Virus record (IMG/VR): IMGVR_UViG_3300037692_000179
Location: 1-47,713 of that record
DNA from: a virus
Taxonomy: Duplodnaviria; Caudoviricetes
Strand: one strand, 5' to 3'
Length of the DNA: 47,713 nucleotides
Shown: in pieces, positions 1-9,894 of the stretch
Numbering within the stretch: the first letter of the stretch is position 1
Layout of the letters: each line of letters begins with the position of its first letter
The notes under the pieces: model-generated
The model's input: only the letters and a program-made list of their open reading frames with translations
What the model was told of the DNA's origin: nothing
Databases searched by the model: none
Position numbers and translations under genes: made by a program

Positions 1-1357
1 CAGCTACACAAGCGGCATAGGCGTTATACTCTGAAGTCTTCGCGCCGACCTCAGCCGTGAAAGCCTCAATCCTAGCACGGAACACTTCCAGCTTTTTAGC
101 ACTGATATTAGCCTTAAGCTCAGTACCCTGCAACTGTGTTTTGAAGATGTCCAGAAGACTGGTTATCGAGGACAGTCTCGCACTGTAGATTGAGACCAAG
201 GTCTTCTTTGCTTCCAGCCCAAGCGTGGCACCTTCAATTTGCGCCTTGTAATTTTCAAGCTTTACAAGCTCTGCCCTGGTCCGTGTTTCGAAGACACTCC
301 AAGTTGTCTTGTACGTTTCAAGCTCAAACTCGAGTTTCTTAACCAGTGCATTGAAGACAATAACTGCATACTCCGCAGTATACTTTGCGGCTTCAAAACT
401 ACGCTGTGCTACCTGACTCGTGTAATCCAGAAGATTCTTTTCCAGGTTTATCACGGAGGTAACAGTGAATTTTGTGTTCTCCTGCGCAAGGTCGAAGCTC
501 TTAATCATGACCTCGTTTGCGAGGAGATCTTCAGCACGCTTGATCTCGATAAGGATCTGTCGTATAGCCGCAGCGTGTGGACCGTGAGGGATATTCCATC
601 CCCTTGCACTATAGTAACCATCTACGTCATCAACGAGCTTCTGGTTAGACAGCTGGTTACGAGCCTTTGTCCTCGCGATAATTGCATCCTCGACTTCTTG
701 ACTCAGTCCAGTCCCACCATTCTCGATGTCGGTCTGTAGCTTCTGGATGGTCGCGGTAAGGAGGTCACTTCTATACTGCTCCTCATTCCAGATGAACACA
801 GTCCCAGGAGGCTCGAGGTCAAACACTGGAGCATCTGCACCAAGTGGTATCTCTTGCACAGTTGGTAGAATCGGCAGCTGCACTTCAGCGTCAAACTCCG
901 GGGCAGGAGGCAAAACAAAGTCCGGTGCGTCAGGTACCACAACGTCGTCAATATTCGGCTCGGTTGCTGTGAACTCCGGCCAAACATCAGATGGCCTCTC
1001 CGGGAAAGATAGCACCGGAGGAAGTTCTGTAAAGTCTGGGACTGCAACAGTTTCAAAGGTTGGATTCTGGAGCTGTAACAGTTGATTGACGTAGTTGATG
1101 TCAAGAAGCTGGTCATTAAAGGTTTCCCAAGACAGTGTCTGTGGAGCAGCAATATACTCCTTGTTCACTGCGTCCAGTGACAACTGACCAGGGACCTCAA
1201 TAGAGGGCACAGTGAGATTAGCCTCTTCAGTCAACTCCGATATAAGGGTCTGAGCACTGGATGCAAACTGGCTAGACATACCAGCCGCCATCTCAATGAT
1301 CTGCTCAGCCTTAGACATCGCTGCGGAGCCTGTTCCAAATGTTACAGTAGTTGCCAT
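1..1357 (-). CDS. Virion structural protein, N-terminal part (runs off the left edge; missed by the ORF track)
   Basis: Manual translation from ATG at 1357 (MATTVTFGTGSAAMSKAEQ...DIENGGTGLSQEVEDAII...YNAYAACVA) stays open for 452 codons to position 1. Pro-rich segment followed by coiled coil. Confidence 0.85.
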   Translation of the reverse strand, partial: MATTVTFGTGSAAMSKAEQIIEMAAGMSSQFASSAQTLISELTEEANLTVPSIEVPGQLSLDAVNKEYIAAPQTLSWETFNDQLLDINYVNQLLQLQNPTFETVAVPDFTELPPVLSFPERPSDVWPEFTATEPNIDDVVVPDAPDFVLPPAPEFDAEVQLPILPTVQEIPLGADAPVFDLEPPGTVFIWNEEQYRSDLLTATIQKLQTDIENGGTGLSQEVEDAIIARTKARNQLSNQKLVDDVDGYYSARGWNIPHGPHAAAIRQILIEIKRAEDLLANEVMIKSFDLAQENTKFTVTSVINLEKNLLDYTSQVAQRSFEAAKYTAEYAVIVFNALVKKLEFELETYKTTWSVFETRTRAELVKLENYKAQIEGATLGLEAKKTLVSIYSARLSSITSLLDIFKTQLQGTELKANISAKKLEVFRARIEAFTAEVGAKTSEYNAYAACVA

Positions 1358-1372
1358 CGCTGTCTCCAGACT

Positions 1373-2791
1373 TTACACTTCTTCTATAATTGAATGCTCT
1401 GTAATCTTTTCCAAAAGCCCTACGGTAATATACAAATATGGGTCTTCTGTCAACACCACCCCGTTGAGTAGTTCCTGATTCAAGTCATACCTGGTGGCAC
1501 GGGTTTCTGTCTCCGAGAAACCAACCAGATAAACATCGGTACCAAATCGAGCGCAACCCACAGCGGCACCAGGATACTTACGAACCATAGATGACGCTTC
1601 AAATAAAACTGTTCTGTCTGCTGCAGTAGCAATGCTTGTTATCAATCCACGGTTGTAGGTTAACAACTCACAAGGCAGGTTCAGTTGTGTCAGCGTTTTA
1701 GTCACGGTTCGGTTGGGGTCGGTAGAATAGAAAGCAATAGCCTCGGATGTTTTATCCTGGTTCACCCACCCTATAGCACGATCTATTGGAGCGACTAAAT
1801 TCTCATAGATCAAATTAGTATTCCAAGTATATGGGGTGCTTCCTGGATATGGATAATCGAAAATAGGTTCATATGGATAACCAATAAGTACCCATTCCGT
1901 AATGTAGTTATACTCGTATATATCATGCATCCTGGAGTCAAAGATAGCCACCTTGCTACCTGCTGGTGACCGAGCAAAAACAACTAGCTCACCAGTATCC
2001 GAGTTGTACTCATAGTATGGTGCTTCATAACCTCCTTCTGGAGCAGGTGGAGTGAAAATCGAGTTGTGCTGAAATGATGCGTCTACGTAATAAGGTTTTC
2101 TTTTCGTAAGTTGTGTAACAATTTGCTCGTTGATGTCATCATAAAAGGAGGGATCAAACTTTCCGTCACTTGCCTCCCAGCGAGGTGTACGCCACACAAC
2201 CTCGATTTTTTCTGTTGGTGATTTGGTTAAGACTTGTCTCACATCAGGTGGGAGGTACCCAATAAATGTAGCTCCAGACGGTAGTGCAGCTTTTGGATCG
2301 TCTTCATAAACGTAATCATCTATAGCCAGATACTCCCCGGAAGCAGATATCGCGAAAGGGAACCTGTCAAACCCCATTGGTTTGTAGATGGCTGTCGGCT
2401 TAGAGAAATCTGGACAATCACTTACCGGCGCAAAAAGCACTACTCCGTTAATTGTCTCTACAAATGGAATACACTCCTTTACCAAGCGTGTGTGCTCTTT
2501 GTATTTATTCGTGGTGCTAGACATGTATGGTACAAAGACATTAATTACCTCAACACCATTATTAGATGCAACATAAACAGTTGAATTGTCGGTAAGCGTA
2601 ACCTTATGATTAGCTATAGCAAGTTTTTGGAAAGTCATTAAATTACGTAGTTTTAGTATTTCATTCTTCCCTACTGTAGTGGCAAGTGTCCTTGCTTTGT
2701 CTTTATCCCCACTGAGAATGACTTTGGTAAGAAGAGGAGTCTTCCTATCATAAGGACCAAGAGGTCTATCATTCCAGTCTCGCTCAGTCAT
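1373..2791 (-). CDS. Hypothetical virion-associated protein (472 aa)
   Basis: Long ORF in the structural operon; start overlaps the upstream stop codon. Confidence 0.75.
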   Translation of the reverse strand: MTERDWNDRPLGPYDRKTPLLTKVILSGDKDKARTLATTVGKNEILKLRNLMTFQKLAIANHKVTLTDNSTVYVASNNGVEVINVFVPYMSSTTNKYKEHTRLVKECIPFVETINGVVLFAPVSDCPDFSKPTAIYKPMGFDRFPFAISASGEYLAIDDYVYEDDPKAALPSGATFIGYLPPDVRQVLTKSPTEKIEVVWRTPRWEASDGKFDPSFYDDINEQIVTQLTKRKPYYVDASFQHNSIFTPPAPEGGYEAPYYEYNSDTGELVVFARSPAGSKVAIFDSRMHDIYEYNYITEWVLIGYPYEPIFDYPYPGSTPYTWNTNLIYENLVAPIDRAIGWVNQDKTSEAIAFYSTDPNRTVTKTLTQLNLPCELLTYNRGLITSIATAADRTVLFEASSMVRKYPGAAVGCARFGTDVYLVGFSETETRATRYDLNQELLNGVVLTEDPYLYITVGLLEKITEHSIIEEV

Positions 2792-3258
2792 TACCGATCC
2801 CTACGGTTCATGAGGATTGGGAGGAGTTCAATGGAGCTTATGGAGAAGTCTGCCCCTGCGTGGTTTGCGACCTTTAAGGTAAAGTACCTTCCAAAGTCCT
2901 CCATGTTACCTACAACTCTGGCGTTGTGGTATCCTGGCTTTGACACGTCGTGGCGGAGGAGAGTGAAATCCCCATCGTCAAAGGCGACGTAGAAGTTGAC
3001 TGCACCTGCTCCAGACATACCAACAAAGAGGTTCCTTATGTGCTTGTCATGGGACAGACTGATGTCTGTTTTGACGAGCTCGAAGAACGCAGCTATGTCT
3101 GCACCGTTAAACTTATCTCCGTCGTCAAGCTGGAATACCCCGAGTTCGTTAGTTCCGAAGAGATTTCCGTTGATCTCAGTTATGGCGTTAAAGTCGTGAT
3201 CTGTAATCTGACCACAGAGAGCCGATGTAACATCTATTATTAAACCCAGCGTACTCAT
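2791..3258 (-). CDS. Virion structural protein (155 aa)
   Basis: Coupled ORF with beta-rich composition, in the tail/nozzle region. Confidence 0.7.
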   Translation of the reverse strand: MSTLGLIIDVTSALCGQITDHDFNAITEINGNLFGTNELGVFQLDDGDKFNGADIAAFFELVKTDISLSHDKHIRNLFVGMSGAGAVNFYVAFDDGDFTLLRHDVSKPGYHNARVVGNMEDFGRYFTLKVANHAGADFSISSIELLPILMNRRDR

Positions 3259-4631
3259 CGAATATACCTCATAACGTAGTCCTCGAAGTCTCCGTTGGAG
3301 ATCTTCGCTGATACTGTGCCGATGGTACCAGTTATATCGTCAAAATTTGACACGATGTCTGGGATAATGGACGCGGAGGTTCTCCCGAGTATCCCAGAAA
3401 TGTTGACTGTTATTGGGGTCAGGTCTATAATAAATGCGGATACACGTCCATTGAGTCCACTGGAAGATACGTTTACGTTAAGACCATTGTTGATAACCGC
3501 TGTCACCTGCCCGACAACACCAATGGCTGTTAACCTTGTTGCTGTGGATGACTTGATATCTGCGGAAACGGTACCAACCATTCCGCGCTGAGTAAAATAC
3601 AGAACATTGTTGGAGGATATGTCTGCCTGAACAACACCAGTGAAACCGCTGACACGGATGGCGGAGCCAAACCTTGCTTCAACTGACCCTGTCAATCCTT
3701 TGCTGGAGATGGAGACATGATACTCCGGCATGATTGTAGCTGAGACTTGTCCAAGTAACCCTTGTGGTATGGCAGCTGACCCTGTAAGAACAAATGCTTT
3801 ACCAAGGATACCTTTACTCGAGACATTTATTGCGTCGTTTCTTATAAAGGTATCAGTTTCACCTAAGATGCCTTCGCAAGCAACAATATGTCCTGTGTTT
3901 ATAAGAGACGACAATGTACCTTGAATACCAGTGGCATATACTTGCGTAGAGAACTCCGCGACCGCTGCTGCCTGTCCAAGAATACCAGAAACTGCTACAT
4001 TGATAGTCCTGTCAGATATTGTAGTCAGTGTATCGAAGTCAACGACAGTACCATTGTCATAACCTGTACCGATACCGAACCAGCCGGGTGTTGTAATCTT
4101 GGTACTATTGGTGTCTGTGTATGTTTGCCAAGCTGGTACAGTACCACCGTCAGGGTAAACCCTAGCAAAAAGGTCTACTGTACCAGCAATATTTGAATTT
4201 ACAGCTGCTTCAAATATATACCAGGTTGAAAGAGGAATTGTTGATATAGAGATATTTTTAAGGTTAACAAAACCTGCCATACCGTATCTGGTAAAGTCAA
4301 GGTACTTTCGAGTGTCCCTGATAGAGATACGATAACCTAGCTTATTTACATCATCGCCGGATGAACGCAGCCATAAAGTAAGGCTGTACACGTTAGAGCC
4401 AGTTACTACAGTATTGTATTTAAATTTTACTTTAATGATGCTGTCAAGGTGACCTTCACACTGCTCCCAAACAATCTGCTTGTGTCCAGCAGCAGCACTA
4501 ACCCCACGAAGAACACTACCACCAGTGGCCCCTGCATCAGCGATAATGGACCAGTCGGTAATATCAGCGCCATAGCGTTCAGTAAACTGGGCTAGTATAT
4601 CAGTTTCACTAAAGTTTAACGTCAGTGCCAT
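3255..4631 (-). CDS. Putative tail fibre/appendage protein: lectin-like N-terminal domain plus Gly-spaced repeats
   Basis: Beta-sandwich-like N-half (TWYIFEAAVN, PGWFGIG, VVDFD). C-half built from repeated GxxGxVxAxI units. Confidence 0.6.
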   Translation of the reverse strand: MALTLNFSETDILAQFTERYGADITDWSIIADAGATGGSVLRGVSAAAGHKQIVWEQCEGHLDSIIKVKFKYNTVVTGSNVYSLTLWLRSSGDDVNKLGYRISIRDTRKYLDFTRYGMAGFVNLKNISISTIPLSTWYIFEAAVNSNIAGTVDLFARVYPDGGTVPAWQTYTDTNSTKITTPGWFGIGTGYDNGTVVDFDTLTTISDRTINVAVSGILGQAAAVAEFSTQVYATGIQGTLSSLINTGHIVACEGILGETDTFIRNDAINVSSKGILGKAFVLTGSAAIPQGLLGQVSATIMPEYHVSISSKGLTGSVEARFGSAIRVSGFTGVVQADISSNNVLYFTQRGMVGTVSADIKSSTATRLTAIGVVGQVTAVINNGLNVNVSSSGLNGRVSAFIIDLTPITVNISGILGRTSASIIPDIVSNFDDITGTIGTVSAKISNGDFEDYVMRYIR

Positions 4632-4639
4632 AGGTCACC

Positions 4640-4667
4640 AAAGTAAAGGGGAGGACGAACCTCCCCT
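4640..4667 (-). terminator. Rho-independent terminator
   Basis: AGGGGAGG-acgaa-CCTCCCCT stem, followed by TTTACTTT on the minus strand, just after the 4672 stop. Confidence 0.6.
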
Positions 4668-4671
4668 GTTG

Positions 4672-5406
4672 TTATCCCTTGGGTTGAGTAAAGGTGAAGA
4701 TGTCGACAGTTTGGGTGGTACCTGCGACAATAGAAGTCGAGGACATGATTGCGTCTGCACCGGAGCCGGAGACGCCAACGGAGCCGTCGTAACGTAGTAC
4801 AGTGGTGCTTGCACCTTCAACTGCAGCGCCGCGTGGGTAAACCCTGAACCACACACCAGTCCCAGTAGCCGACGCAACACCACTCCAAATTTCACCAGAA
4901 GCCTTCGCCGATGCACCACCGGTTGGATCACCAAGGCTGAGTCCGTTCTCGCCAGTTGTGGAGTTGTACGTCCCAGAGGCAAGGGAGATTGTCACGAGTG
5001 GAGATACACCTTCAGTGTCATCCGCAGACGCGGGCCTGGGGGACGGGAAGATCTTCATTACACCGTTCTTGAAGATGTCCCGGATGGACGCACCGCCTTC
5101 GACAGTCGCAAGGATAACCTGGTCGCCGGCAGCCTCATCAGCAAGGACACCAGCAGCGACTTCGATTGCTCCGGCAACGACGGACAAGACCTCCGTCTCC
5201 ACGTTGTTGGAGGTGGAGCCAAGGACAGAGATCATGTCGCCAATGGCAAATCCTCCGAGGCCATCCCCGGAGTCGAGGATTTGATCTCGCCCGCCAGTAC
5301 CAGTTCCATCTCCGAAGGAGATCGTCGTGGCGGTGAGTGCGTGCTTTACTGTGGCTCTGCCGCCAGCAATCGCGTTGGCTAAGCCGGTGGAATATTTAAG
5401 TGCCAT
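4672..5406 (-). CDS. Virion structural protein (244 aa)
   Basis: Gly/Ala/Thr-rich; MALKYSTGL start; GGAGG RBS; TGTGVWFR...DGSVG pattern seen in phage tail-associated proteins. Confidence 0.75.
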   Translation of the reverse strand: MALKYSTGLANAIAGGRATVKHALTATTISFGDGTGTGGRDQILDSGDGLGGFAIGDMISVLGSTSNNVETEVLSVVAGAIEVAAGVLADEAAGDQVILATVEGGASIRDIFKNGVMKIFPSPRPASADDTEGVSPLVTISLASGTYNSTTGENGLSLGDPTGGASAKASGEIWSGVASATGTGVWFRVYPRGAAVEGASTTVLRYDGSVGVSGSGADAIMSSTSIVAGTTQTVDIFTFTQPKG

Positions 5407-5415
5407 TGAATCCTC

Positions 5416-6354
5416 CTACCTTTTAAGTAGTGTATAAAGCCTGTTTTTGTGGAGTGACATGGAGATACCTGAGCACCTTGGAAGCTCGATGCTGTCGTAG
5501 GTTAAGTTCGCGAAGACACCATCGTTTCCAAGGGCACATAGTCCAGACTGCGTCATCGCAAGAACCACTTTCCCGTACTGCTGAAACTTTCCTCGAAGGA
5601 TGTTTTGACCGAGTGTTTTTACAACGCAGTCCTCCTTAGCTGGGGAGTCAGATACTTGCCTGATAGCTAGGGACTGAATGTCCTCCCCGTGAAGGTAGAA
5701 GATACCTTTGTCTGATAGGACGTAGAAGCCCGAGTCAACAGCTGCAATACCAAGTACAGCCAGTCCCTGAAGAGATAGTGGTAAAACATCATCGGCTTTG
5801 TTGAACCAAGCAAAAGCCCTCGGCGCGGAAGCGTAGATGTCGTTGTCAACTGTAGCTCCGTAGATTCTACCGTTGTACAGCTCCATGTGCTTGAACAGCG
5901 GTGGTGGTTCGTAGGTACGAAGTGTTTCAGGGCCAATGTAATCTCCACTTGGGAGCCAGGAGTAGCTGGCACCACCGATTTGAACGGAGCCATTTTCAGC
6001 GGTGTTGCTGTAGTAAATCCTGTCGTTGACGTGGAGGTAGCGCATTTTCAGACCAGGGGTTAGTCCTGATCGAAGGCCTGTTCTGCTAAAGTCCACCGGG
6101 TTGAAGCGGTAGAGGGCAGAGACAGAGACAAGGAGGCAGTCGCCACCGGCTGCAAAGATGTCTTGGGAGGCTTCTTCGCGTCTTTTAGTATAACCACGGA
6201 TTCTTCTGGTAAGGCCAGTCATCTCCACTTCGACGTTGACAGATGCCTGGAAAGCGGCGACACCTGTCTCAGGATCGAACGGAAGTCGTTCAGGCGGGGA
6301 GACGTTGTTAAGTCCCAAGGCCTTGTTTAGCATTAAGACCACTGGCTTAGCCAT
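5416..6354 (-). CDS. Putative nozzle/DNA-stabilisation (beta-propeller-like) protein
   Basis: Lies after the adaptor; LGLNN...VNV N-terminus and repeated beta-strand blades. Confidence 0.55.
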   Translation of the reverse strand: MAKPVVLMLNKALGLNNVSPPERLPFDPETGVAAFQASVNVEVEMTGLTRRIRGYTKRREEASQDIFAAGGDCLLVSVSALYRFNPVDFSRTGLRSGLTPGLKMRYLHVNDRIYYSNTAENGSVQIGGASYSWLPSGDYIGPETLRTYEPPPLFKHMELYNGRIYGATVDNDIYASAPRAFAWFNKADDVLPLSLQGLAVLGIAAVDSGFYVLSDKGIFYLHGEDIQSLAIRQVSDSPAKEDCVVKTLGQNILRGKFQQYGKVVLAMTQSGLCALGNDGVFANLTYDSIELPRCSGISMSLHKNRLYTLLKR

Positions 6355-6989
6355 TAGGTCCTCCAGACGCTGTTGGCGTGGCTTCTGCGCCGACTTGCGA
6401 CGTGGGAGCGGAAGTCGTTTTTGTACTTCTCGTACATGCTGAGTTGGGAGAGCATGTTAGACTTCTCTCCCTCAAGTGCGTCCTCGATCTTGTCGAAGAT
6501 TATAGCCGCAGTCCTATGTGCGATAAGACCACGCTGGAGATGTAGCGGGATGTAAGCTGGGACAGTTGGGTTCTGGAGAGACAACGGTGTTGGACGGCTG
6601 TACAGGAGCACAGTTATGGCCGTCGGTGTTTCAGGAATCTTGTGGTAGTAAAGGACTGTCCCTTCCAAAGCCACTGACTCAATTTTCCCTACTTCAGCAA
6701 GGCCTGGGTAAATACGGAGAAGCTCTCGAACCCCACCTGGCTCTATGGAAATCTCCCCTTCAGCGTTACCCGCGTACAGAAGACGACCATCGAAACCAGG
6801 CGGCATATTTACCCAGGCCTGATCGACAACGGTGGTGACACTGGAGATTGACTTAAGCTCCGGGATTTCGACATCGTCAGTTATGGCAACCATAGCTTCG
6901 TTGATGAACGTCGGGAGGTTCCCGACAACGTAACTGCTGTTGTCTTTTACTGTTATCAAAATCTCGTCTTCGAGTTCAGACAGTGTCAT
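6354..6989 (-). CDS. Putative head-tail adaptor
   Basis: MTLSELEDEI...FINEAM start typical of podovirus adaptors; size about 210 aa; position after capsid-associated genes. Confidence 0.65.
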   Translation of the reverse strand: MTLSELEDEILITVKDNSSYVVGNLPTFINEAMVAITDDVEIPELKSISSVTTVVDQAWVNMPPGFDGRLLYAGNAEGEISIEPGGVRELLRIYPGLAEVGKIESVALEGTVLYYHKIPETPTAITVLLYSRPTPLSLQNPTVPAYIPLHLQRGLIAHRTAAIIFDKIEDALEGEKSNMLSQLSMYEKYKNDFRSHVASRRRSHANSVWRT

Positions 6990-7034
6990 GGCATCACCGT
7001 TAAGTTAAATGTTCAAAATTCGCAACAATGACTG

Positions 7035-7544
7035 TTACGGGACGCGGGACACCAGGAGATGGACGCGGGCCTTTCCAGCAGTAAGCGTGTCGGTGCTGGT
7101 AAGGGATGCGTACACGCAGGGGACCGTGGTGGCTGCCCCGGTGATAACGCGCGCAGTCGCCGGCATGGTGTTTGCGAGGATGGCGACGCCGAGGTCAGAT
7201 GCGATGGCAGGGTAGATGCCGATGGTACCCTCGGTGATGTCAGCAGCGGCGAAATAGTCGTCTGCGTCGACGATGGTGACGTCTCCGCCAGTGGTAACTG
7301 CATCGGTAGCCAGGGTCCCGGAGCCTACTACCAGTGCTGGGGTACCACCAGCAAAGGCAGTGATGACCTCAGTGATAGCGTTGTGGATGATGAAGCGTTC
7401 ATTCGCGTTCGGGAACGAGAAGAGGACAGCGCCCTTATCGTCACATTCGGGAGTGATTTCGGAAGACGTGATCCAGAACGGATTGGCCAGAGTGTTATCT
7501 CTCTGGTCATTCCGGCGGAGGTCTTTGATAGTCGCGGTAGCCAT
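7035..7544 (-). CDS. Capsid-associated (decoration-like) protein
   Basis: Directly downstream of the MCP; VITAFAGG...LVVG...TAGKARV pattern. Confidence 0.6.
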   Translation of the reverse strand: MATATIKDLRRNDQRDNTLANPFWITSSEITPECDDKGAVLFSFPNANERFIIHNAITEVITAFAGGTPALVVGSGTLATDAVTTGGDVTIVDADDYFAAADITEGTIGIYPAIASDLGVAILANTMPATARVITGAATTVPCVYASLTSTDTLTAGKARVHLLVSRVP

Positions 7545-7569
7545 AGGTCTTTATCTCCTTGAAAGATTG

Positions 7570-7968
7570 TTACGAGATTACTGTGATACGAGCCATGACG
7601 ACGTAAGTCCCCATAGCGTCTCCGCCGGCAGTGGCAGTCAGGGTGATCGCACCGGACTTGGTGTTGAACCACTTTCCTTCGGAAGCTGGCTGCCCATCGC
7701 TCTTGGACGAGGTAACCTTGACTGTACCGTCAGCGTCTGCTGCAGCGGTGTCCAAGAAGGCATCAACATCTGCCTCTTCGCCGTTGCCGACAAAGCCGAC
7801 GGAGATCGTAGCAGTTGTACCGCCTGCTGGGGAGACGCGGTGAATCCACACCTCCTCGACGAAGCCATTCCTCGGTACGAAGATGGCGTTGTGCGTTCCG
7901 TCTGCCGGGGCGGCGAAGATCTGGCTCCGGTAGAGGAACGAGTTGTCAGAAAGTCTTTCCTTAAACAT
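7570..7968 (-). CDS. Capsid-associated (decoration-like) protein
   Basis: First gene after the MCP; AGGAGG RBS; ATISVG..DVDAFLD pattern resembles the next gene. Confidence 0.6.
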   Translation of the reverse strand: MFKERLSDNSFLYRSQIFAAPADGTHNAIFVPRNGFVEEVWIHRVSPAGGTTATISVGFVGNGEEADVDAFLDTAAADADGTVKVTSSKSDGQPASEGKWFNTKSGAITLTATAGGDAMGTYVVMARITVIS

Positions 7969-7992
7969 AGTCTCCTCCTTTCAGGTCGTGGA

Positions 7993-9021
7993 TTACGACA
8001 GCTTCGTGGCGTAGGAGGAACCGGCGATAATCCCGAACTCGACGGAGTCAAACTTGACCTTCTTGATACCGAGGATACCTCCACCGCGAATCATGACGTA
8101 GCGGAGTGCGTCACGAGTGTACGGGACGAAAGACATGACGGTGGACTTGGAGTCGCCGGCTCCACCCCAACCCATGACAGCGGCCTGGGACCCGAGGAGA
8201 ATGTTCCGGTAGACACCAGTGGACGGGGAGTAGATGCGCTCTGATTTCGAGACGAGCATCCCGTTGTACTCGAACTCGACGTTCTCCACACCGAGCTTCT
8301 GCGCTGCGCGCTGGAGATCTCCCCACTGACCGGCGTTCAGGTTGGTGCGGAGCTGATCGAAGACGTAGGTGTGAAGGATGACGCGGTAGAACTTGCCTTT
8401 CTTGCGAAGCTTGTAGGTGTTCGCGTCAGTCGGCATTTCCGCAGCCTGCTTCATCCGGTCCAGGAAAGTCAAGTCGGCAACGTCGGTGGCACCGAGGGAG
8501 GCCTCAGCGGTGTCGTTGACAGTGAGGATACGGTTGGTTGCGAAGGCCTCGGGGACATCAGCAAAGATTTTGCTGTTGATGCGGAAGCCGGTGTTGCCGC
8601 AAAGGACTGCGAAGAGATAGGTGGACAGCCTCTGTCCCCACCACTCTTGCAGGGCCATCTTGCCTTCCTCGACCAGGTTGTACGGAACGCGCTGCTGCTC
8701 CATCTTGCCACCAGTGTCAACTGCGTGGTTGAGTTCCTGGATGGTAGCCTTGAAGTTCCGGAAGCGAAGCTTCTCTTCGTTCCCTTCGACAGTGTCGTCT
8801 CCGACAACGCCCTCGCCGGTGAGCGGCAGACGGATACCGAAGGTTACAGAGTCACCTTCGCCCTTGGCGAGGTCGAGCTTGCGCTGGACATGAGCGTTGG
8901 TGTCGGTGCCGATGAGGTCGTTGAACTCGACTTCCGGCAGCATTGCGCGAAAAAGCTCTTTCGCCCACTTCTTCCGGGTAAGGGCGTCATTCGTGAGAAA
9001 TTGTGTTTTGGGCTCTGGCAT
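7993..9021 (-). CDS. Major capsid protein, N4-gp56/DUF4043-like
   Basis: KKWAKELF, DLAKGEGDSVTF..L, EGNEEKL, YNGMLV and RNILLGSQA motifs; follows the scaffold gene. Confidence 0.9.
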   Translation of the reverse strand: MPEPKTQFLTNDALTRKKWAKELFRAMLPEVEFNDLIGTDTNAHVQRKLDLAKGEGDSVTFGIRLPLTGEGVVGDDTVEGNEEKLRFRNFKATIQELNHAVDTGGKMEQQRVPYNLVEEGKMALQEWWGQRLSTYLFAVLCGNTGFRINSKIFADVPEAFATNRILTVNDTAEASLGATDVADLTFLDRMKQAAEMPTDANTYKLRKKGKFYRVILHTYVFDQLRTNLNAGQWGDLQRAAQKLGVENVEFEYNGMLVSKSERIYSPSTGVYRNILLGSQAAVMGWGGAGDSKSTVMSFVPYTRDALRYVMIRGGGILGIKKVKFDSVEFGIIAGSSYATKLS

Positions 9022-9033
9022 GGTAGTGTCTCC

Positions 9034-9894
9034 TTACTTGAGCTCACCGCGTAGGTAAGCACTGTAGATTTTCGCAGGGATCTCTCCGAGTCTATCCTCA
9101 GGGAGATCGTCGATTGCTTTCGCTGTCCAGCCGGAGGAGCCGATGTCACCGGCAGGGAGGACACCGAGTGATGCTGGTGCTTCAGGTGTTTCGCGTTTCT
9201 TCGCATTGGGTTTCGTTTCGGCCTTAGGCTTTCCGCCACTCAGGATCTCCTCTGGAGTCGCTGCGGCTTTCTTGTAGGCTGGATGGACGTCCTTGATGCG
9301 GTCGTACATGAGCTTGTACGGGTTGTCTTGAGACCAGATGTACTGTTCGAGTTGGTCGATTGTCTCCATGATGTCGCCACCCTTCTCGTCTACGTAGTTC
9401 TTCGCGAGGAGATACACGGTTTCATCGAAGTTCTTTTGGGAGACAACTTCACGAACGTCCTCGTACTTGGGGTTAAGCTCCATGTAAGTAAGGACATTGG
9501 TGAGGTGATCAACGCGAGCGTTGGACTGGTCAGGTTTCTTAGTTTTACCTTCTTCGTCAGGGTCGGCAGTATCGAGAAGCTTGTTATCGGAAAGGCTCTT
9601 CTCGTGCTTCGAAACGGAGTTGCGAAGTTCCTGCAGAGCCTTGTGCTGGGAGCGGACGAGGGCGCGTAGGGAGAGGACTTCGTTTTCTTCCTCAGCCTTA
9701 GTCTCAACCTTGTCCTCTACTTTTTCATCCTTGGCCTCGGCGGCAGGTTCTTCGGTCTTTTCCTCAGAAGGCTCTTCTTCCTCCTCGACCTTTTCAGGTT
9801 CCGGGTGGAACTCATCACCAGGGATTTCCGTCGGATCAATGGGATCTGTGGTTTCAGTTTCAACCTCTTCAAATTCGTTATCCAGGTCAGCCAT
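9034..9894 (-). CDS. Capsid scaffolding protein
   Basis: Highly acidic, coiled-coil, located between portal and MCP. Confidence 0.75.
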   Translation of the reverse strand: MADLDNEFEEVETETTDPIDPTEIPGDEFHPEPEKVEEEEEPSEEKTEEPAAEAKDEKVEDKVETKAEEENEVLSLRALVRSQHKALQELRNSVSKHEKSLSDNKLLDTADPDEEGKTKKPDQSNARVDHLTNVLTYMELNPKYEDVREVVSQKNFDETVYLLAKNYVDEKGGDIMETIDQLEQYIWSQDNPYKLMYDRIKDVHPAYKKAAATPEEILSGGKPKAETKPNAKKRETPEAPASLGVLPAGDIGSSGWTAKAIDDLPEDRLGEIPAKIYSAYLRGELK

